Shown in pieces: positions 1 through 9,764 of a stretch of 64,000 bases of DNA. The notes under the pieces are model-generated. The model ran no database searches. It was not told the origin of the DNA and saw only the letters and a program-made list of their open reading frames with translations. Location of the stretch: contig CAWBBV010000016.1 of NCBI GenBank assembly GCA_963787125.1, forward strand, positions 1-64,000, in the 5' to 3' direction. Numbering within the stretch: position 1 is the stretch's first letter; each line of letters opens with the position of its first letter. The DNA is from an uncultured delta proteobacterium (GTDB lineage: Bacteria; Desulfobacterota; Desulfuromonadia; Geobacterales; DSM-12255). A program made the position numbers and the translations under genes.

Positions 1-2
1 CT

Positions 3-785
3 CATACAAAAAATGATGCAACTTTAGTTAAAGAAACTGGTATCGCAACTCGTTTTGGTGTTATCGGTTCTAACTGGGATGCTCATGCTAACATTTCATT
101 AAAAAGTACTTCAGAGTCTCCATTTACAACTGGAACACAAGAGTTCAAAGGAAAGTTAGGATTTCAACTTGGTGGATCTTACCTATTCGATTTTGCTCGC
201 GCATTCGGATATGTTAAGCATTATGGTTGGGAGCAAAAAGCTACAGGTACAACAGACGTAAAAGGTGATTTCACTAGTTACTACGTTGGTATCGGTAAAG
301 AATATGCTGTTAACGAAGGTGGAAAAATTTTCGCTGGTCTTACAGCTAAGAAAACAGACATCAACCTAAAGTACGCTACTAAAGGTGAAGTTCGTCACTT
401 AATCGTTCCAGTTAACATTGGATACGAAGCAGTAGCAACTGAATGGTTAACTCTTCGCGGATCTATTGTTCAAAACCTTTGGGGAACAAGAGACAACAAG
501 AGACTTACTGTTGGTGCAACTGACCTAAGTGCTACTGCTGCAACTTTAATTGGTGGTATTTACGGAACTACAGGGAAAGCATCACTTGCTAACTCTACTG
601 AAGTAAATGCTGGTGCTACTTTGACTTTCGGTCAATTAGCTCTTGATGGTATGTTAGGCTTAACTAGCAATAACAGAACAAGTGGTAACACAACTTCTGG
701 TACTGGTACTACAGCTAACAAAAACCAAGGTATGCTAGCTTTCGACAACCTTGCTACTAGAGTAGGGTTAACTTACAAATTCTAA
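3..785 (+). CDS. Outer-membrane beta-barrel protein, 5'-partial; resembles Bdellovibrionota major outer-membrane proteins
   Basis: Frame read from nt 3 (HTKNDATLVKETGIATRFG...) to TAA at 783-785. It ends ...RVGLTYKF (C-terminal Phe, BAM-signal-like) and contains VPVNIGYEAVATEWLTLRGS. AT-rich with strongly biased codons. Confidence 0.7.
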   Translation, partial: HTKNDATLVKETGIATRFGVIGSNWDAHANISLKSTSESPFTTGTQEFKGKLGFQLGGSYLFDFARAFGYVKHYGWEQKATGTTDVKGDFTSYYVGIGKEYAVNEGGKIFAGLTAKKTDINLKYATKGEVRHLIVPVNIGYEAVATEWLTLRGSIVQNLWGTRDNKRLTVGATDLSATAATLIGGIYGTTGKASLANSTEVNAGATLTFGQLALDGMLGLTSNNRTSGNTTSGTGTTANKNQGMLAFDNLATRVGLTYKF

Positions 786-813
786 TCATTAATTAGACGG
801 ATTTAATTAATGT

Positions 814-849
814 AAAAAAGGCCGGGCTTAATCGCCTGGCCTTTTTTTT
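814..849 (+). terminator. Rho-independent terminator
   Basis: AAAAAAGGCCGGGC-TTAATC-GCCTGGCCTTTTTTTT hairpin plus T-run just after the OMP stop. Confidence 0.85.
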
Positions 850-945
850 GCCTTCTCAGATGACATACTTTATTGGATTACAAACGCTTCTTAAGAATCT
901 TATGATTATCTAGAGAATTTAATTAGATAATCCAAGGATGGTTTT

Positions 946-1808
946 ATGAAGTTCATGCTAGCTTCAGCAGTATCTCTCGCAAATATAGCTCACGCATTTC
1001 CAACGGCACCGTTTGATGCACTAAAAACGACAATTGATCATAGCGAGAAAGCTATGGCAGATGATTATGATTTCGAAGGAATCATCAAGCTTAATAACTG
1101 CTCTGGATCTTTAATTAGATTCGCAGGACAGCCAATGACTTCAAAGGCGATCGTTTTAACAAATGGTCACTGTTATTCAAAGGGTATGTTTGGTGGAATG
1201 CTTCAACCAAATGAAGTTGTTTATAACAAAGCTCAAAATCGCGATATGAAAATTTTCAATAAAGCGATGAAGATGTTCCTGTAAAGGCGACAAGAGTTTT
1301 ATACGCAACGATGACAAACACAGATATCGCTCTATACGAACTATCTGATTCATACGAAACAATTTTATCAAAATACAAAATTGAATCATTCACTCTTGAT
1401 TCAGTAAGACCTTTTGAAGGAACAAATATTGATATCGTTTCTGGATTCTGGGACCGTGGTTATAGCTGTGAAATTGATTCATTCATCTTCAATTTAAAAG
1501 AAGGGGATTGGATGTTCACGGATTCAATTCGTTACACAGATGGATGTGCGACTGTTGGTGGAACTTCTGGTTCACCGATTACTGCTCGTGGAACTCGCTC
1601 AGTTATCGCGATTAACGACACTGCAAATGAAAATGGTAAATCGTGTGCTGTGAATAATCCATGTGAGATTGATGAGGCTGGAAAAGTTACTGTGTTGAAA
1701 GATAAGAAATACGGACAACAGACTTACAATATCTATTCTTGCTTACGTCCTGATTTCAATATTGATTTATCAGTTCCTGGATGTGTACTTCCGAAACCAA
1801 GATCATAA
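946..1808 (+). pseudogene. Secreted trypsin-like (S1) serine protease split by a 1-nt frameshift near 1278 (possibly a sequencing error)
   Basis: ORF 946-1284 has a signal peptide and TNGHC (His). ORF 1311-1808 has TDIA (Asp) and GGTSGSP (Ser). Adding one C at TTCCTGTA joins them as KMFPVKATRVLYATMTNTD. Confidence 0.8.
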
Positions 1809-1835
1809 GTTACAAGTTACCCTGCAGATATGTTG

Positions 1836-1863
1836 GCCAGAGCGAATGCTCTGGCTTTTTTTT
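1836..1863 (+). terminator. Rho-independent terminator
   Basis: GCCAGAGC-GAAT-GCTCTGGC followed by T8. Confidence 0.85.
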
Positions 1864-1866
1864 AAA

Positions 1867-1953
1867 TTTACTGATACCGGTTCCATCTAGGTTTAAGGAA
1901 AGCCGGATACTGGTCTCTCTGGTAACACGTTCGATTGCAGCGCTGCGCTTCAT
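1867..1953 (-). pseudogene. hisB: 5' fragment (~29 codons) of imidazoleglycerol-phosphate dehydratase, cut off at the compositional junction
   Basis: ATG at 1953 with GGAG RBS, directly after hisC. Translates MKRSAAIERVTRETSIRLSLNLDGTGISK (HisB N-terminal RxTxETxIxxxLNLDGTG), then runs into the AT-rich block. Confidence 0.8.
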
Positions 1954-1962
1954 AACGTCTCC

Positions 1963-3015
1963 TTATCCAATCTCCTGAACTGCATTGAGCGTTTTAATCA
2001 TCTCTTCCCGAGTGCCGATTGATATCCGTAAGCCGTGTGTCAGAAGAGGGTCAGAGAAGTGTCGCACCAGTATTTTCCGGGCATAAAGACCATCGTAAAT
2101 CCGCTTGCCGTTGCGATCCGGAGGCGATGCAAAGACATAATTTCCCTGCGACGGGATGACCTCATAACCTTTGGCGCGCAGTTCTGCTGAAAACCATTCC
2201 CGTGTTTCACAAATCTTGCGGCAACATTCCCGGAGATAATCCTGATCGCGAAGCGCCGCCACGCAGGCGGCCTGGGCGAGGCGGTCGAGATTGTAATGAT
2301 CGCGGATCTTGTCCAGTGCTTCAATTACCTGAGGGCGGGCTATTGCCAGGCCGAGGCGCATTCCGGCCAGCGCATAACTCTTGGAGAGAGAGCGGGTTAT
2401 CACCAGATTGTCATACTTCTTGAGCAACTCAAGTGCGTTGAACCCGGCAAAATCGGCATAAGTTTCGTCCAGCACCAGCATCCCGGAGCAGCGCTGTGCC
2501 AACTCTTCGATATACTCAAGGGGAAAGGCCGGTCCGAGCGGGGCATTGGGGGTTGTCAGGAAGAAGATCTTGCCTTCGTAGCGCTCGGGGAAAGCGGCGA
2601 TCCGGAAGTCAGGCGTCAAGCCGAAGGTCCGCACCCGTGCACCTTGAACCTCTGCCAGCGTTGCATAGTAGGAGTATGAGGGGTGAACGTAACCGATCTC
2701 CTCACCCTCGGCGGCAAAGGCCCGGATCAGGTTATTGAGCACCTCGTCCGAACCGTTGGCCATGATGATCCATGACGGATCATAGCCGTACAGTTCTCCG
2801 GCCACTTCCCGCAACTGCAGGCTGGAGGCCGAGGGGTACGTATGGAGGCTGGCACCGTCGCCCCCCAGTTCTTTCAGAATGGCTTCAACTACCTTCGGTG
2901 AGGGCGGATAAGAGTTCTCATTGGTATTCAGCTTTATCCACGAAGCGATGTCAGGGGGCTGATAGCCGGGGACGTAACCTGCCATGGAGGCAATATTTGG
3001 GCGTAAAGGGATCAT
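1963..3015 (-). CDS. hisC: Histidinol-phosphate aminotransferase
   Basis: [24 protein letters not shown] and [15 protein letters not shown] (PLP lysine). Followed by the hisB start. Confidence 0.95.
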   Translation of the reverse strand: MIPLRPNIASMAGYVPGYQPPDIASWIKLNTNENSYPPSPKVVEAILKELGGDGASLHTYPSASSLQLREVAGELYGYDPSWIIMANGSDEVLNNLIRAFAAEGEEIGYVHPSYSYYATLAEVQGARVRTFGLTPDFRIAAFPERYEGKIFFLTTPNAPLGPAFPLEYIEELAQRCSGMLVLDETYADFAGFNALELLKKYDNLVITRSLSKSYALAGMRLGLAIARPQVIEALDKIRDHYNLDRLAQAACVAALRDQDYLRECCRKICETREWFSAELRAKGYEVIPSQGNYVFASPPDRNGKRIYDGLYARKILVRHFSDPLLTHGLRISIGTREEMIKTLNAVQEIG

Positions 3016-3168
3016 AATTGATGAAACTTAGCATGCAGAAGGGGGTAGAATCAAGGAAGAAACTCTTAACACCAGGGGAGTTCAATGGAAGTTCAAACGT
3101 CCTCAAAAAGATACTTGTTTGCAAGTGACGCTCTCCTCTTAGCCAACCTGCTCCCCCCAGTCACACCG

Positions 3169-3450
3169 CTACTCAGACAGATAGCCATCACCTGCGAATT
3201 GGATATTGGCTTGGTCATTACAACGTGGCGGGGAAACGGCATGGACACCGCCACATTCCGGACAGCTGCCAACAAAGGTGTCCAGGGTAAAGGGTGCTCC
3301 ACATCCCCGACAGAGCGTCGGCAGTCCCCCGCCAGGCAGCGCTTGATTCTTAAGTGTGCCGCCGTGTGCACATGAAACGAAATCCACCAGCTCCCTTCCT
3401 TCTGCAAACGGGCCTGCACCCGCAGAATGACCACATCCGCAATCTCCCAT
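3169..3450 (-). CDS. Small Cys-rich zinc/iron-binding protein (~93 aa)
   Basis: ATG at 3450 with GAGGAG RBS. MGDCGCGH N-terminus and a CRGC-x12-CPECG zinc-ribbon-like motif. Confidence 0.7.
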   Translation of the reverse strand: MGDCGCGHSAGAGPFAEGRELVDFVSCAHGGTLKNQALPGGGLPTLCRGCGAPFTLDTFVGSCPECGGVHAVSPPRCNDQANIQFAGDGYLSE

Positions 3451-3653
3451 GGTGACCGCTCCTCTTGTTTTGCGCCGCTTTTCTGCGAACGTATTAATTA
3501 TCTGTCGGTTTACCGGTACAACTTTTATTATCGTCACAGTCAGACTTCGTTTTTCTTCTGCGCAAAGCTGCACGCGTGCCGAAGAAAACGCCCGCAGCTG
3601 TCAAAAGCCAAATTATCCCTGTAGCGACTATTTCACTGGCAGTAATCATCAAA

Positions 3654-4202
3654 TTACTCCTGCTCGTACTGTTCAATAACGGTTTGATAGTGCGAGTTGA
3701 ATTCCGCAGGAACCATTGCTTCTGCGGCTTGATACCCTGCCACAATGCCGGGTCGCACAGCTTCCGGCAATACCCGTTCCGCCAGCGGATAAAGAATGTC
3801 ATCTTCCTTGGCAATATGGTCCCGCAGCAGCGCGGCATAGGCCAGAGCGTTAGTCGCTATTACCTGACAGGTATCCTTGCGACCCGACTGAGTTTCATGA
3901 ACGGCTGACTCCATGGCACGGACATAGCTACGACCCTGATCATGCTCCATCAACATCGCTGCTACCGGGCTGTTATCCTTCGGCATACCGTTATTGATCA
4001 ACGCTTTGAAGAGAATATCTTCTTCTTTGGCGTGGTGAAAACGGTCAGCATATTGACGTATAAAATCAATGCCATCAAGGTAGAATTGCCAATTCAGGTA
4101 ACTCCCTGCAGCCGTCCTGGGCGCGTTTTGTTCCAGCAGTGCAATCATCCGCAGAATCAGGCGATGTTCATCGACCAACGCTCTGGTTATATCCGTTTTC
4201 AT
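3654..4202 (-). CDS. Hemerythrin-like HHE domain protein
   Basis: Two HHE repeats: EHRLI...HHAKEEDILF and EHDQGR...HIAKEDDILYP. Confidence 0.9.
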   Translation of the reverse strand: MKTDITRALVDEHRLILRMIALLEQNAPRTAAGSYLNWQFYLDGIDFIRQYADRFHHAKEEDILFKALINNGMPKDNSPVAAMLMEHDQGRSYVRAMESAVHETQSGRKDTCQVIATNALAYAALLRDHIAKEDDILYPLAERVLPEAVRPGIVAGYQAAEAMVPAEFNSHYQTVIEQYEQE

Positions 4203-4657
4203 CAGCTCCTCCTGTTACCGTCGACACCAATTATCACTGTCTCCAGAGGGATATCCCTGCCGCTTTTCTTAACTGCCTCTCTGACCATCACATCCAGCCC
4301 TCGACAGCACGGCACTTCCATGATTGCCACAGTGACCGCCGGAGTTTCATTGGTTGAAAAAATTGTGGCCAGTTTATCCACGTATGAGTCCGTATCGTCC
4401 AGTTTCGGGCAGGCAATTGCCAGCGCCTTGCCTTTGAGCAGATCCTGATGCATGCTTCCCATAGCAAAAGCAACACAGTCAGCACAAACCAGAATTTCCG
4501 CGTTCTTGAAATACGGTGCCGTCGGCGGCACCAAGTGGAGCTGTACCGGCCACTGCCTGAGCTCAGAAACTGCCTTGACGCTATCCGTTTCCTCATTTAC
4601 CGGCCTTTCAATTATTCTTGCCATGCTGCCTGGACAGCCACATCCTAAATTTCCCAT
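4202..4657 (-). CDS. Fe-S protein corresponding to the C-terminal domain of hcp-associated ferredoxin-like proteins
   Basis: GCPGS, SELRQWPVQLHLV, ADCV, ACPKLD and MEVPCC motifs. Lacks the N-terminal 4Fe-4S dicluster domain. Confidence 0.8.
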   Translation of the reverse strand: MGNLGCGCPGSMARIIERPVNEETDSVKAVSELRQWPVQLHLVPPTAPYFKNAEILVCADCVAFAMGSMHQDLLKGKALAIACPKLDDTDSYVDKLATIFSTNETPAVTVAIMEVPCCRGLDVMVREAVKKSGRDIPLETVIIGVDGNRRS

Positions 4658-4660
4658 GAG

Positions 4661-4882
4661 TTACGCTCCTTTTTCAGCCAGATATTGGTTGATTTCCTGC
4701 TCAATTTTAGTTTCATCTTCCTTAGACAAACCATGAATGGCGACGACATCTTTCAGCAGGCAGATCCCCACCTTGCAAGTTGTACAGCCGATATCAAAAT
4801 TAGCCAGAATCTCGCCAATCCCCGGATAGTTCTGCATGACATCCTGTATCGCTTTTTCGCCTAGCTCGTTGCTGAAATTCAT
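4661..4882 (-). CDS. DUF1858-like small protein
   Basis: 73 aa; IQDVMQNYP...FDIGCTTC...VAIHGL pattern. GGAGG RBS. Confidence 0.7.
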   Translation of the reverse strand: MNFSNELGEKAIQDVMQNYPGIGEILANFDIGCTTCKVGICLLKDVVAIHGLSKEDETKIEQEINQYLAEKGA

Positions 4883-4940
4883 TACGCGCCTCCTTGCTTC
4901 GTTATGATTGTGAGGTTAGCAAATAATGAGTGGAGAGAGT

Positions 4941-4954
4941 TTGATGTGGGTCAA
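4941..4954. promoter_or_regulatory. Crp/Fnr-family (HcpR/Fnr-like) binding site
   Basis: TTGAC-CCAC-ATCAA on the - strand (TTGAY-N4-RTCAA palindrome), ~60 nt upstream of the DUF1858/Fe-S/hemerythrin operon. Confidence 0.7.
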
Positions 4955-5059
4955 TAAACTTCTTTCTTTTGAAGGAAATATTTTGGAATGAAGTTGCTCG
5001 TCGCATCAGGAGAATAGCTGCAGGCTAGCCAGTGTAGTAACTAGAAGGTTTCCCTGAGG

Positions 5060-5228
5060 TTGTGGATGGAATCGCTGCTGCTGATCGGTTTATCGCTGCG
5101 GACGACCAGGCTGCCGATTTTCTGGATGGTGAGGATCTTGGGAAAGAGGCACGGCTCCAGGTTCTCCCGGAAGGTCGGTTCGTGGATCAGGGCGGCCAGG
5201 TTGTCTGGAGAAAGCTGAAATTGGACAC
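5060..5228 (-). pseudogene. hsdR: Internally deleted 5' fragment of an hsdR copy
   Basis: GTG overlapping the upstream TAG reads VSNFSFLQTTW (cf. HsdR MSNFSYLNTNW). It then jumps to DNLAALIHEPTFRENLEPCLFPKILTIQKIG...SSSDS, near-identical to 9317-9454. Confidence 0.8.
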
Positions 5229-6214
5229 TAGTCATTACTCCGGTTTATCAGATTAACGATGACTTTGACGATCGTATCCTTCTCCTCAGGTCTACTCTCG
5301 GCAATCAGCAGGGTCAGCGCCACCAGAGCGTTATCAGCCAGACGCTTGCTGCCATCAGGGCGATAGAGAATGGCGTTAATGCCAAGGAGGTAGATGAACA
5401 GGGCGGCGGCGATCCGTTTGTTGCCGTCGCTGAAGGCGTGGTTCTTGACGACGAAGTAAAGGAGGTTGGCCCCCTTTTCCTCAACGCTCGGGTAAAGTTC
5501 CTCGCCATCAAAAGTCTGGTAGATGGTCCCGAGGGCACTTTTGAACCCCTGGTCCTTTTCCATCCCGAACAAACCATCAAACTCACCCTTCATGGCATTG
5601 ACGATGCTAATCCCCTCATCATAATCGATTACGTGAAGCGACTTCCTGGTAATCCCTTCGATGGACAAAGTGCCGTGGTCGTAACGATCCAGCAGGGTCA
5701 ATGCATAGGCATAGTCAGTGATGACGTGCAGTACATCCTTGCCGGTTTCACTAACCAGTTCCTGATTAGCCAGTGTACGTGCCAGTAGTTCCACGGTCCG
5801 GCGCATTTCGGTCAACTTTTCGGCCTGATCACGGAAGCGCTGCTCGTTGATCGAGTACCCTTTGACGATATGGTCTTTCAGAACCTTGGTGGCCCAGATA
5901 CGGAACTGGGTACCCTGCTGCGACTTGACACGGTAGCCGACGGATATGATGACGTCGAGGCTGTAGAAGGCTACCGGCTTGTCAGAAAAAGCAATGTGCA
6001 TATTTTGCACATTGCTTTTTTCATTCAGCTCACCCTCAACAAAAACATTGCGTAGGTGCTTGGTGATAACACTACGCTCGCGCTGAAACAACCCAGCTAA
6101 CTGTTTTTGGCTTAACCACACGGTGTCGTGGTCAAGGTGGACTTCGAGGGATGCAGTGCCGCTTTCAGACTGATAGATGACGATATCGCTTTTCTCAACA
6201 CTCATAGCGGGCAT
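5228..6214 (-). CDS. RhuM-N / Fic-Doc fusion protein
   Basis: RhuM-like N-terminus (TVWLSQKQLA, YSLDVIISVGYRVKS, FRIWAT) and a Doc-type Fic motif HAFSDGNKRIA. Confidence 0.9.
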   Translation of the reverse strand: MPAMSVEKSDIVIYQSESGTASLEVHLDHDTVWLSQKQLAGLFQRERSVITKHLRNVFVEGELNEKSNVQNMHIAFSDKPVAFYSLDVIISVGYRVKSQQGTQFRIWATKVLKDHIVKGYSINEQRFRDQAEKLTEMRRTVELLARTLANQELVSETGKDVLHVITDYAYALTLLDRYDHGTLSIEGITRKSLHVIDYDEGISIVNAMKGEFDGLFGMEKDQGFKSALGTIYQTFDGEELYPSVEEKGANLLYFVVKNHAFSDGNKRIAAALFIYLLGINAILYRPDGSKRLADNALVALTLLIAESRPEEKDTIVKVIVNLINRSND

Positions 6215-6250
6215 TCCTTCAGGTAGGAATCATTGGAATTTCCCTTAATT

Positions 6251-9200
6251 TTACGCCGCCGCCCGCTGCTCAATCTCCCGCAGCAGACCAACAATCTTCG
6301 TCGCTCCGTTATCCCCGAACAGACCGTCCAGCCCCTCGTCATGCAGATCGGTAAACGGCGGCTCGTAGAGCAGACCTGCATCCATAGCGCCGTTACGGGT
6401 CAGGAAACTGATGATCTGCTCGATGAAGCGGATCTGGGTCGCCGAGTAGGCGGCCGTATGGAGGAACTCACCAAACGCTTCCATCGCCGCTTCCCGGTCC
6501 AGCCCCACTAGGTGACGGATGAACATCCCCAGACTCCGTTGCTGACCAAATACCTTCTCAAACTGCTCCCGGGTCCCCACCTCTTCCGCAGAGAACAGCA
6601 GCCGTTCCAGCTCTTCCAGATCCTGGCGGGTGATCTGCCGGTTCAGGCGCAGCTTGTTGATGGTGATGTGGTCGCTATGGTCGCGGATAAAGCGCTCCAC
6701 CTTCAGCCGGTACTGGCGCATCTCCTCTGCGCTGGCATAGGCGGGAATAAAGACCGGCGTATGGTCGCCGATGGTATCGGTAAAATCCGAATAGACAATC
6801 TTCCGTTCGCCCTTGTCCAGAAAGGCGATCAGCTTGCGCAACCGCAACCGGACCTGCTCCAGCAGCGGCAGGGTAATCCCGGCCCAGTAGCCGTCAGTCT
6901 GCAGCTCAAGAATCAGCTCCATCTGCGCCGCCACCATCGGAATAGTCCCCTTGGCTTCAAGACCGGCAGCTATCTCCATGACCGTGTCGCGATAACGGTT
7001 GAAAGAGGGTGACTCCTCCAGGAGCGCCAGCTGCAGATTGAGGATCAGCAGATCGAAGCGTTTGGCTGTTTCGTCCTCCTTGGGAGTTTCCGCCGGCAGA
7101 CCTGCCAGATGCAGCTGTATCTCCAGCACATCCTCCGGGGTCAGCTGCTGCCACTGCTCCTTATTGCCGTACTTCTCCAGATGCCGGCGATGAGGGCGCA
7201 CGATGAAGTTCTCCGGGTTCATCAGAGTCACCTCGCCATGGAGATCGCCGCTTACCCCCTCCCGCAACGCTATCTCCTCGGCCGTCGCCGGATAATCGGG
7301 CTGCTGCAGATTAACCAGCAGCCGGAGCCGCTGCGTGAAGATCTTCTTCGTCAGTGACTCCTGCGCACCGCTCTCCACCCCTTCCGGATTCAGGGCAAAG
7401 AATTCAAAGTTCTGACAGTAGTCGAAAACGTAGAACTCAACCTTATCCTGCCCCGGACCGAACAGTTCCTTGCAGAGCCGGGTACCGCGCCCCATCATCT
7501 GGTGAAATTTGGTCTTGGAACGGACCAGCTTGAAGAAGACCAGGTTGACGATCTCCGGCACGTCGATGCCGGTGTCGAGCATATCCACCGAAATGGCAAT
7601 GGTCGGGTTGTTCCCCTTCACGGAGAAGTCATCGATGACCGACTGGGCATAACTGTCAGCACAGGAAACAACCCGGCAGAATGTCCCTTTAAGGTGTGGG
7701 TAATTACAGTCGAAGCGTTCCTGAATAAAGCGGGCATGGTTGTGGTTCTTGGCAAAGATGATCGTCTTTCCCAGTCGGTCGCCCCCCTCCACCTTCAGGC
7801 CGTAGCGCATCAGGTGCTCCAGCACCTTGTCCACCGTGTCGATGTTGAACAGCCAGTTGTTCAGGGCCGGCGGATCGATTCTTTCCGGCAGCTCATTGTT
7901 CTCCTCGTCCCAGAACTTCTCCTCGTACTCCAGACGTTCTTCCTCGGGGAGTTCGTTATAGGTGATCCCCTCACGCTGGAACCTGAGCGGCACCGAATGG
8001 GCCCGCGGGGGGACGAGGAAGCCGTCGCTCACCGCCTGCCCCAGCTCGTAGTAGTAGGTAGGGACCCCGCTCTCCAGTTCAAACAGCCGGTAGGTATCCC
8101 GGTCGGCCTCGGAGCGAGGCGTGGCAGTCAGCCCCAGCAGCAGGGAATCGAAATACTCGAAGATGGCACGGAACTTCTGGTAGACCGAGCGGTGGGCCTC
8201 GTCGATGACGATCAGGTCGAAATGGCCGGGGCTGAAGCGTTTGCCCATCCCCTTGGCCTCGTCGATGCAGTTCATCATGGTCGGATAGGTGGAGAGGACG
8301 ATGCGGCTGGTGGTGTCGTCCTTGATTTTGGTAATGTCCACCGGACTGGAATGGGGCAGATGCTCCTTGAAGGCATTGCCGGCCTGGGTCAGGAGGGCGT
8401 TGCGGTCGGCCAGGAACAGCACCCGTTTGATCCAGTTGCACTTCTGCAGCAGTTCGATCAAGGCAATGACCGTGCGGGTCTTGCCGGTGCCGGTGGCCAT
8501 GACCAGCAGCGCCTTGCGCAGTTTGCGCTTCTCCAGGTCCTCCCCCACCCTCCGGATCGCCTCATGCTGGTAGTAGCGCTCGACAATCGCCTTGTTGATC
8601 GGGGCCGTGGCGATCTCCTTCATGCTGGTGCGGCGATTGATAAGGAGCTGCAGCTCGTCCTTCTTGTAGAATCCCTGCACCCGGCGGGGCGGATAGTTCA
8701 GGTCATCCCAGAGCCAGGTTTCGTAACCGTTGGTAAAGAAGATGATCGGCCGCTGCCCCTTCATCCTTTCCAGACAGTTGGCGTACAGTTTCGCCTGCTG
8801 TTGGCCGACCCGCGCATCCTTCCGGGTCCGCTTCGCCTCCACCACCGCCAGCGGCAGGCCGTCATCACCCCAGAGGACATAATCGACAAACCCTTCGCCG
8901 GCATTGTTCGGCATGCCGCTAACCGGGTATTCCAGCACATCGGTCGCGTTGGGGTCCCAGCCAGACTCCTTCAGCAACAGATCAATAAAGTAATCCCTGG
9001 TGGCAGCCTCGCTGTAGTCATGGTCGTCCGGCGTCCGGCTGTTCGCCTCCTTGTACGACCGGATCTTTGCCTTGAGGGCGGCGATCTCGTCAATCGTCCG
9101 GGCCAGCTCCGCATCTTTGGCCGCCAGCACGGAATCCTTCTCCGCCAGTTCGGCCTGCAGTCTGGTCAGCTGTTCGGCGTTCCTGTCGGCAACGGCGCTG

Positions 9201-9631
9201 TCCTTCTGCGGAATCTTGCTGATGTCGAAGTTTTGCTTGCCAAGGGCCTTCGCATCGGGCGAATAGCTGCGGGCCAGCCAGTAGAGGACGTGAAAGAGCT
9301 CTTTAAGGGCGTGGAGGGAATCGCTGCTGCTGATCGGCTTGTCGCTGTGGACGGCCAGGTTGCCGATTTTCTGAATGGTGAGGATCTTGGGGAAGAGGCA
9401 GGGTTCCAGGTTCTCCCGGAAGGTCGGTTCATGGATCAGGGCGGCCAGATTGTCGCTATAGGGTTTCTTCAGGTAGGAGTCATTGGCATAGAGCCACTTG
9501 ACGGCGATCTCCAACGAGCGGCGGGTGTAGAAGCAGCTGGTCCGCGGAGCGCTGTTGACGTTTTGCTCCGCCTCAAAGGCGGTTGCGGAGAGGTCGGGCC
9601 AGTTGGTATTCAGGTAACTGAAGTTGGACAT
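6251..9631 (-). CDS. hsdR: Type I restriction subunit R (EcoAI/EcoEI-like, DUF4145 N-terminus)
   Basis: VDYVL...VEAKR nuclease motif, ATGTGKT Walker A, DEAH, LTATP and QMMGRGTR. Confidence 0.95.
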   Translation of the reverse strand: MSNFSYLNTNWPDLSATAFEAEQNVNSAPRTSCFYTRRSLEIAVKWLYANDSYLKKPYSDNLAALIHEPTFRENLEPCLFPKILTIQKIGNLAVHSDKPISSSDSLHALKELFHVLYWLARSYSPDAKALGKQNFDISKIPQKDSAVADRNAEQLTRLQAELAEKDSVLAAKDAELARTIDEIAALKAKIRSYKEANSRTPDDHDYSEAATRDYFIDLLLKESGWDPNATDVLEYPVSGMPNNAGEGFVDYVLWGDDGLPLAVVEAKRTRKDARVGQQQAKLYANCLERMKGQRPIIFFTNGYETWLWDDLNYPPRRVQGFYKKDELQLLINRRTSMKEIATAPINKAIVERYYQHEAIRRVGEDLEKRKLRKALLVMATGTGKTRTVIALIELLQKCNWIKRVLFLADRNALLTQAGNAFKEHLPHSSPVDITKIKDDTTSRIVLSTYPTMMNCIDEAKGMGKRFSPGHFDLIVIDEAHRSVYQKFRAIFEYFDSLLLGLTATPRSEADRDTYRLFELESGVPTYYYELGQAVSDGFLVPPRAHSVPLRFQREGITYNELPEEERLEYEEKFWDEENNELPERIDPPALNNWLFNIDTVDKVLEHLMRYGLKVEGGDRLGKTIIFAKNHNHARFIQERFDCNYPHLKGTFCRVVSCADSYAQSVIDDFSVKGNNPTIAISVDMLDTGIDVPEIVNLVFFKLVRSKTKFHQMMGRGTRLCKELFGPGQDKVEFYVFDYCQNFEFFALNPEGVESGAQESLTKKIFTQRLRLLVNLQQPDYPATAEEIALREGVSGDLHGEVTLMNPENFIVRPHRRHLEKYGNKEQWQQLTPEDVLEIQLHLAGLPAETPKEDETAKRFDLLILNLQLALLEESPSFNRYRDTVMEIAAGLEAKGTIPMVAAQMELILELQTDGYWAGITLPLLEQVRLRLRKLIAFLDKGERKIVYSDFTDTIGDHTPVFIPAYASAEEMRQYRLKVERFIRDHSDHITINKLRLNRQITRQDLEELERLLFSAEEVGTREQFEKVFGQQRSLGMFIRHLVGLDREAAMEAFGEFLHTAAYSATQIRFIEQIISFLTRNGAMDAGLLYEPPFTDLHDEGLDGLFGDNGATKIVGLLREIEQRAAA

Positions 9632-9764
9632 TTGCGACTCCGTCGCATCAGGTTATTGTCATATCTGTTGCGCATTATGCGCACTATAAACAGCATTCCC
9701 AAGGTCGGCGGCAGTTGTTCCCAAAATGGAAAAAGCCGCCGTCCTGTGGCTGAGCCATAGATTT

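Noticed and set aside
4999..5045. Left end and TSD of the older Tn7-like element (AGGAG at 5008-5012; TGTAG at 5033)
   Set aside because: AGGAG is not followed by TG, TGTAG is not preceded by the expected TSD, and no TnsB-site array follows. The 12-mer CGTCGCATCAGG shared with 9641-9652 is too short to interpret.
7502..9760. 752-aa + strand ORF
   Set aside because: Antisense shadow of GC3-rich hsdR with no recognisable motifs. The same applies to 13702-14883 opposite hsdM.
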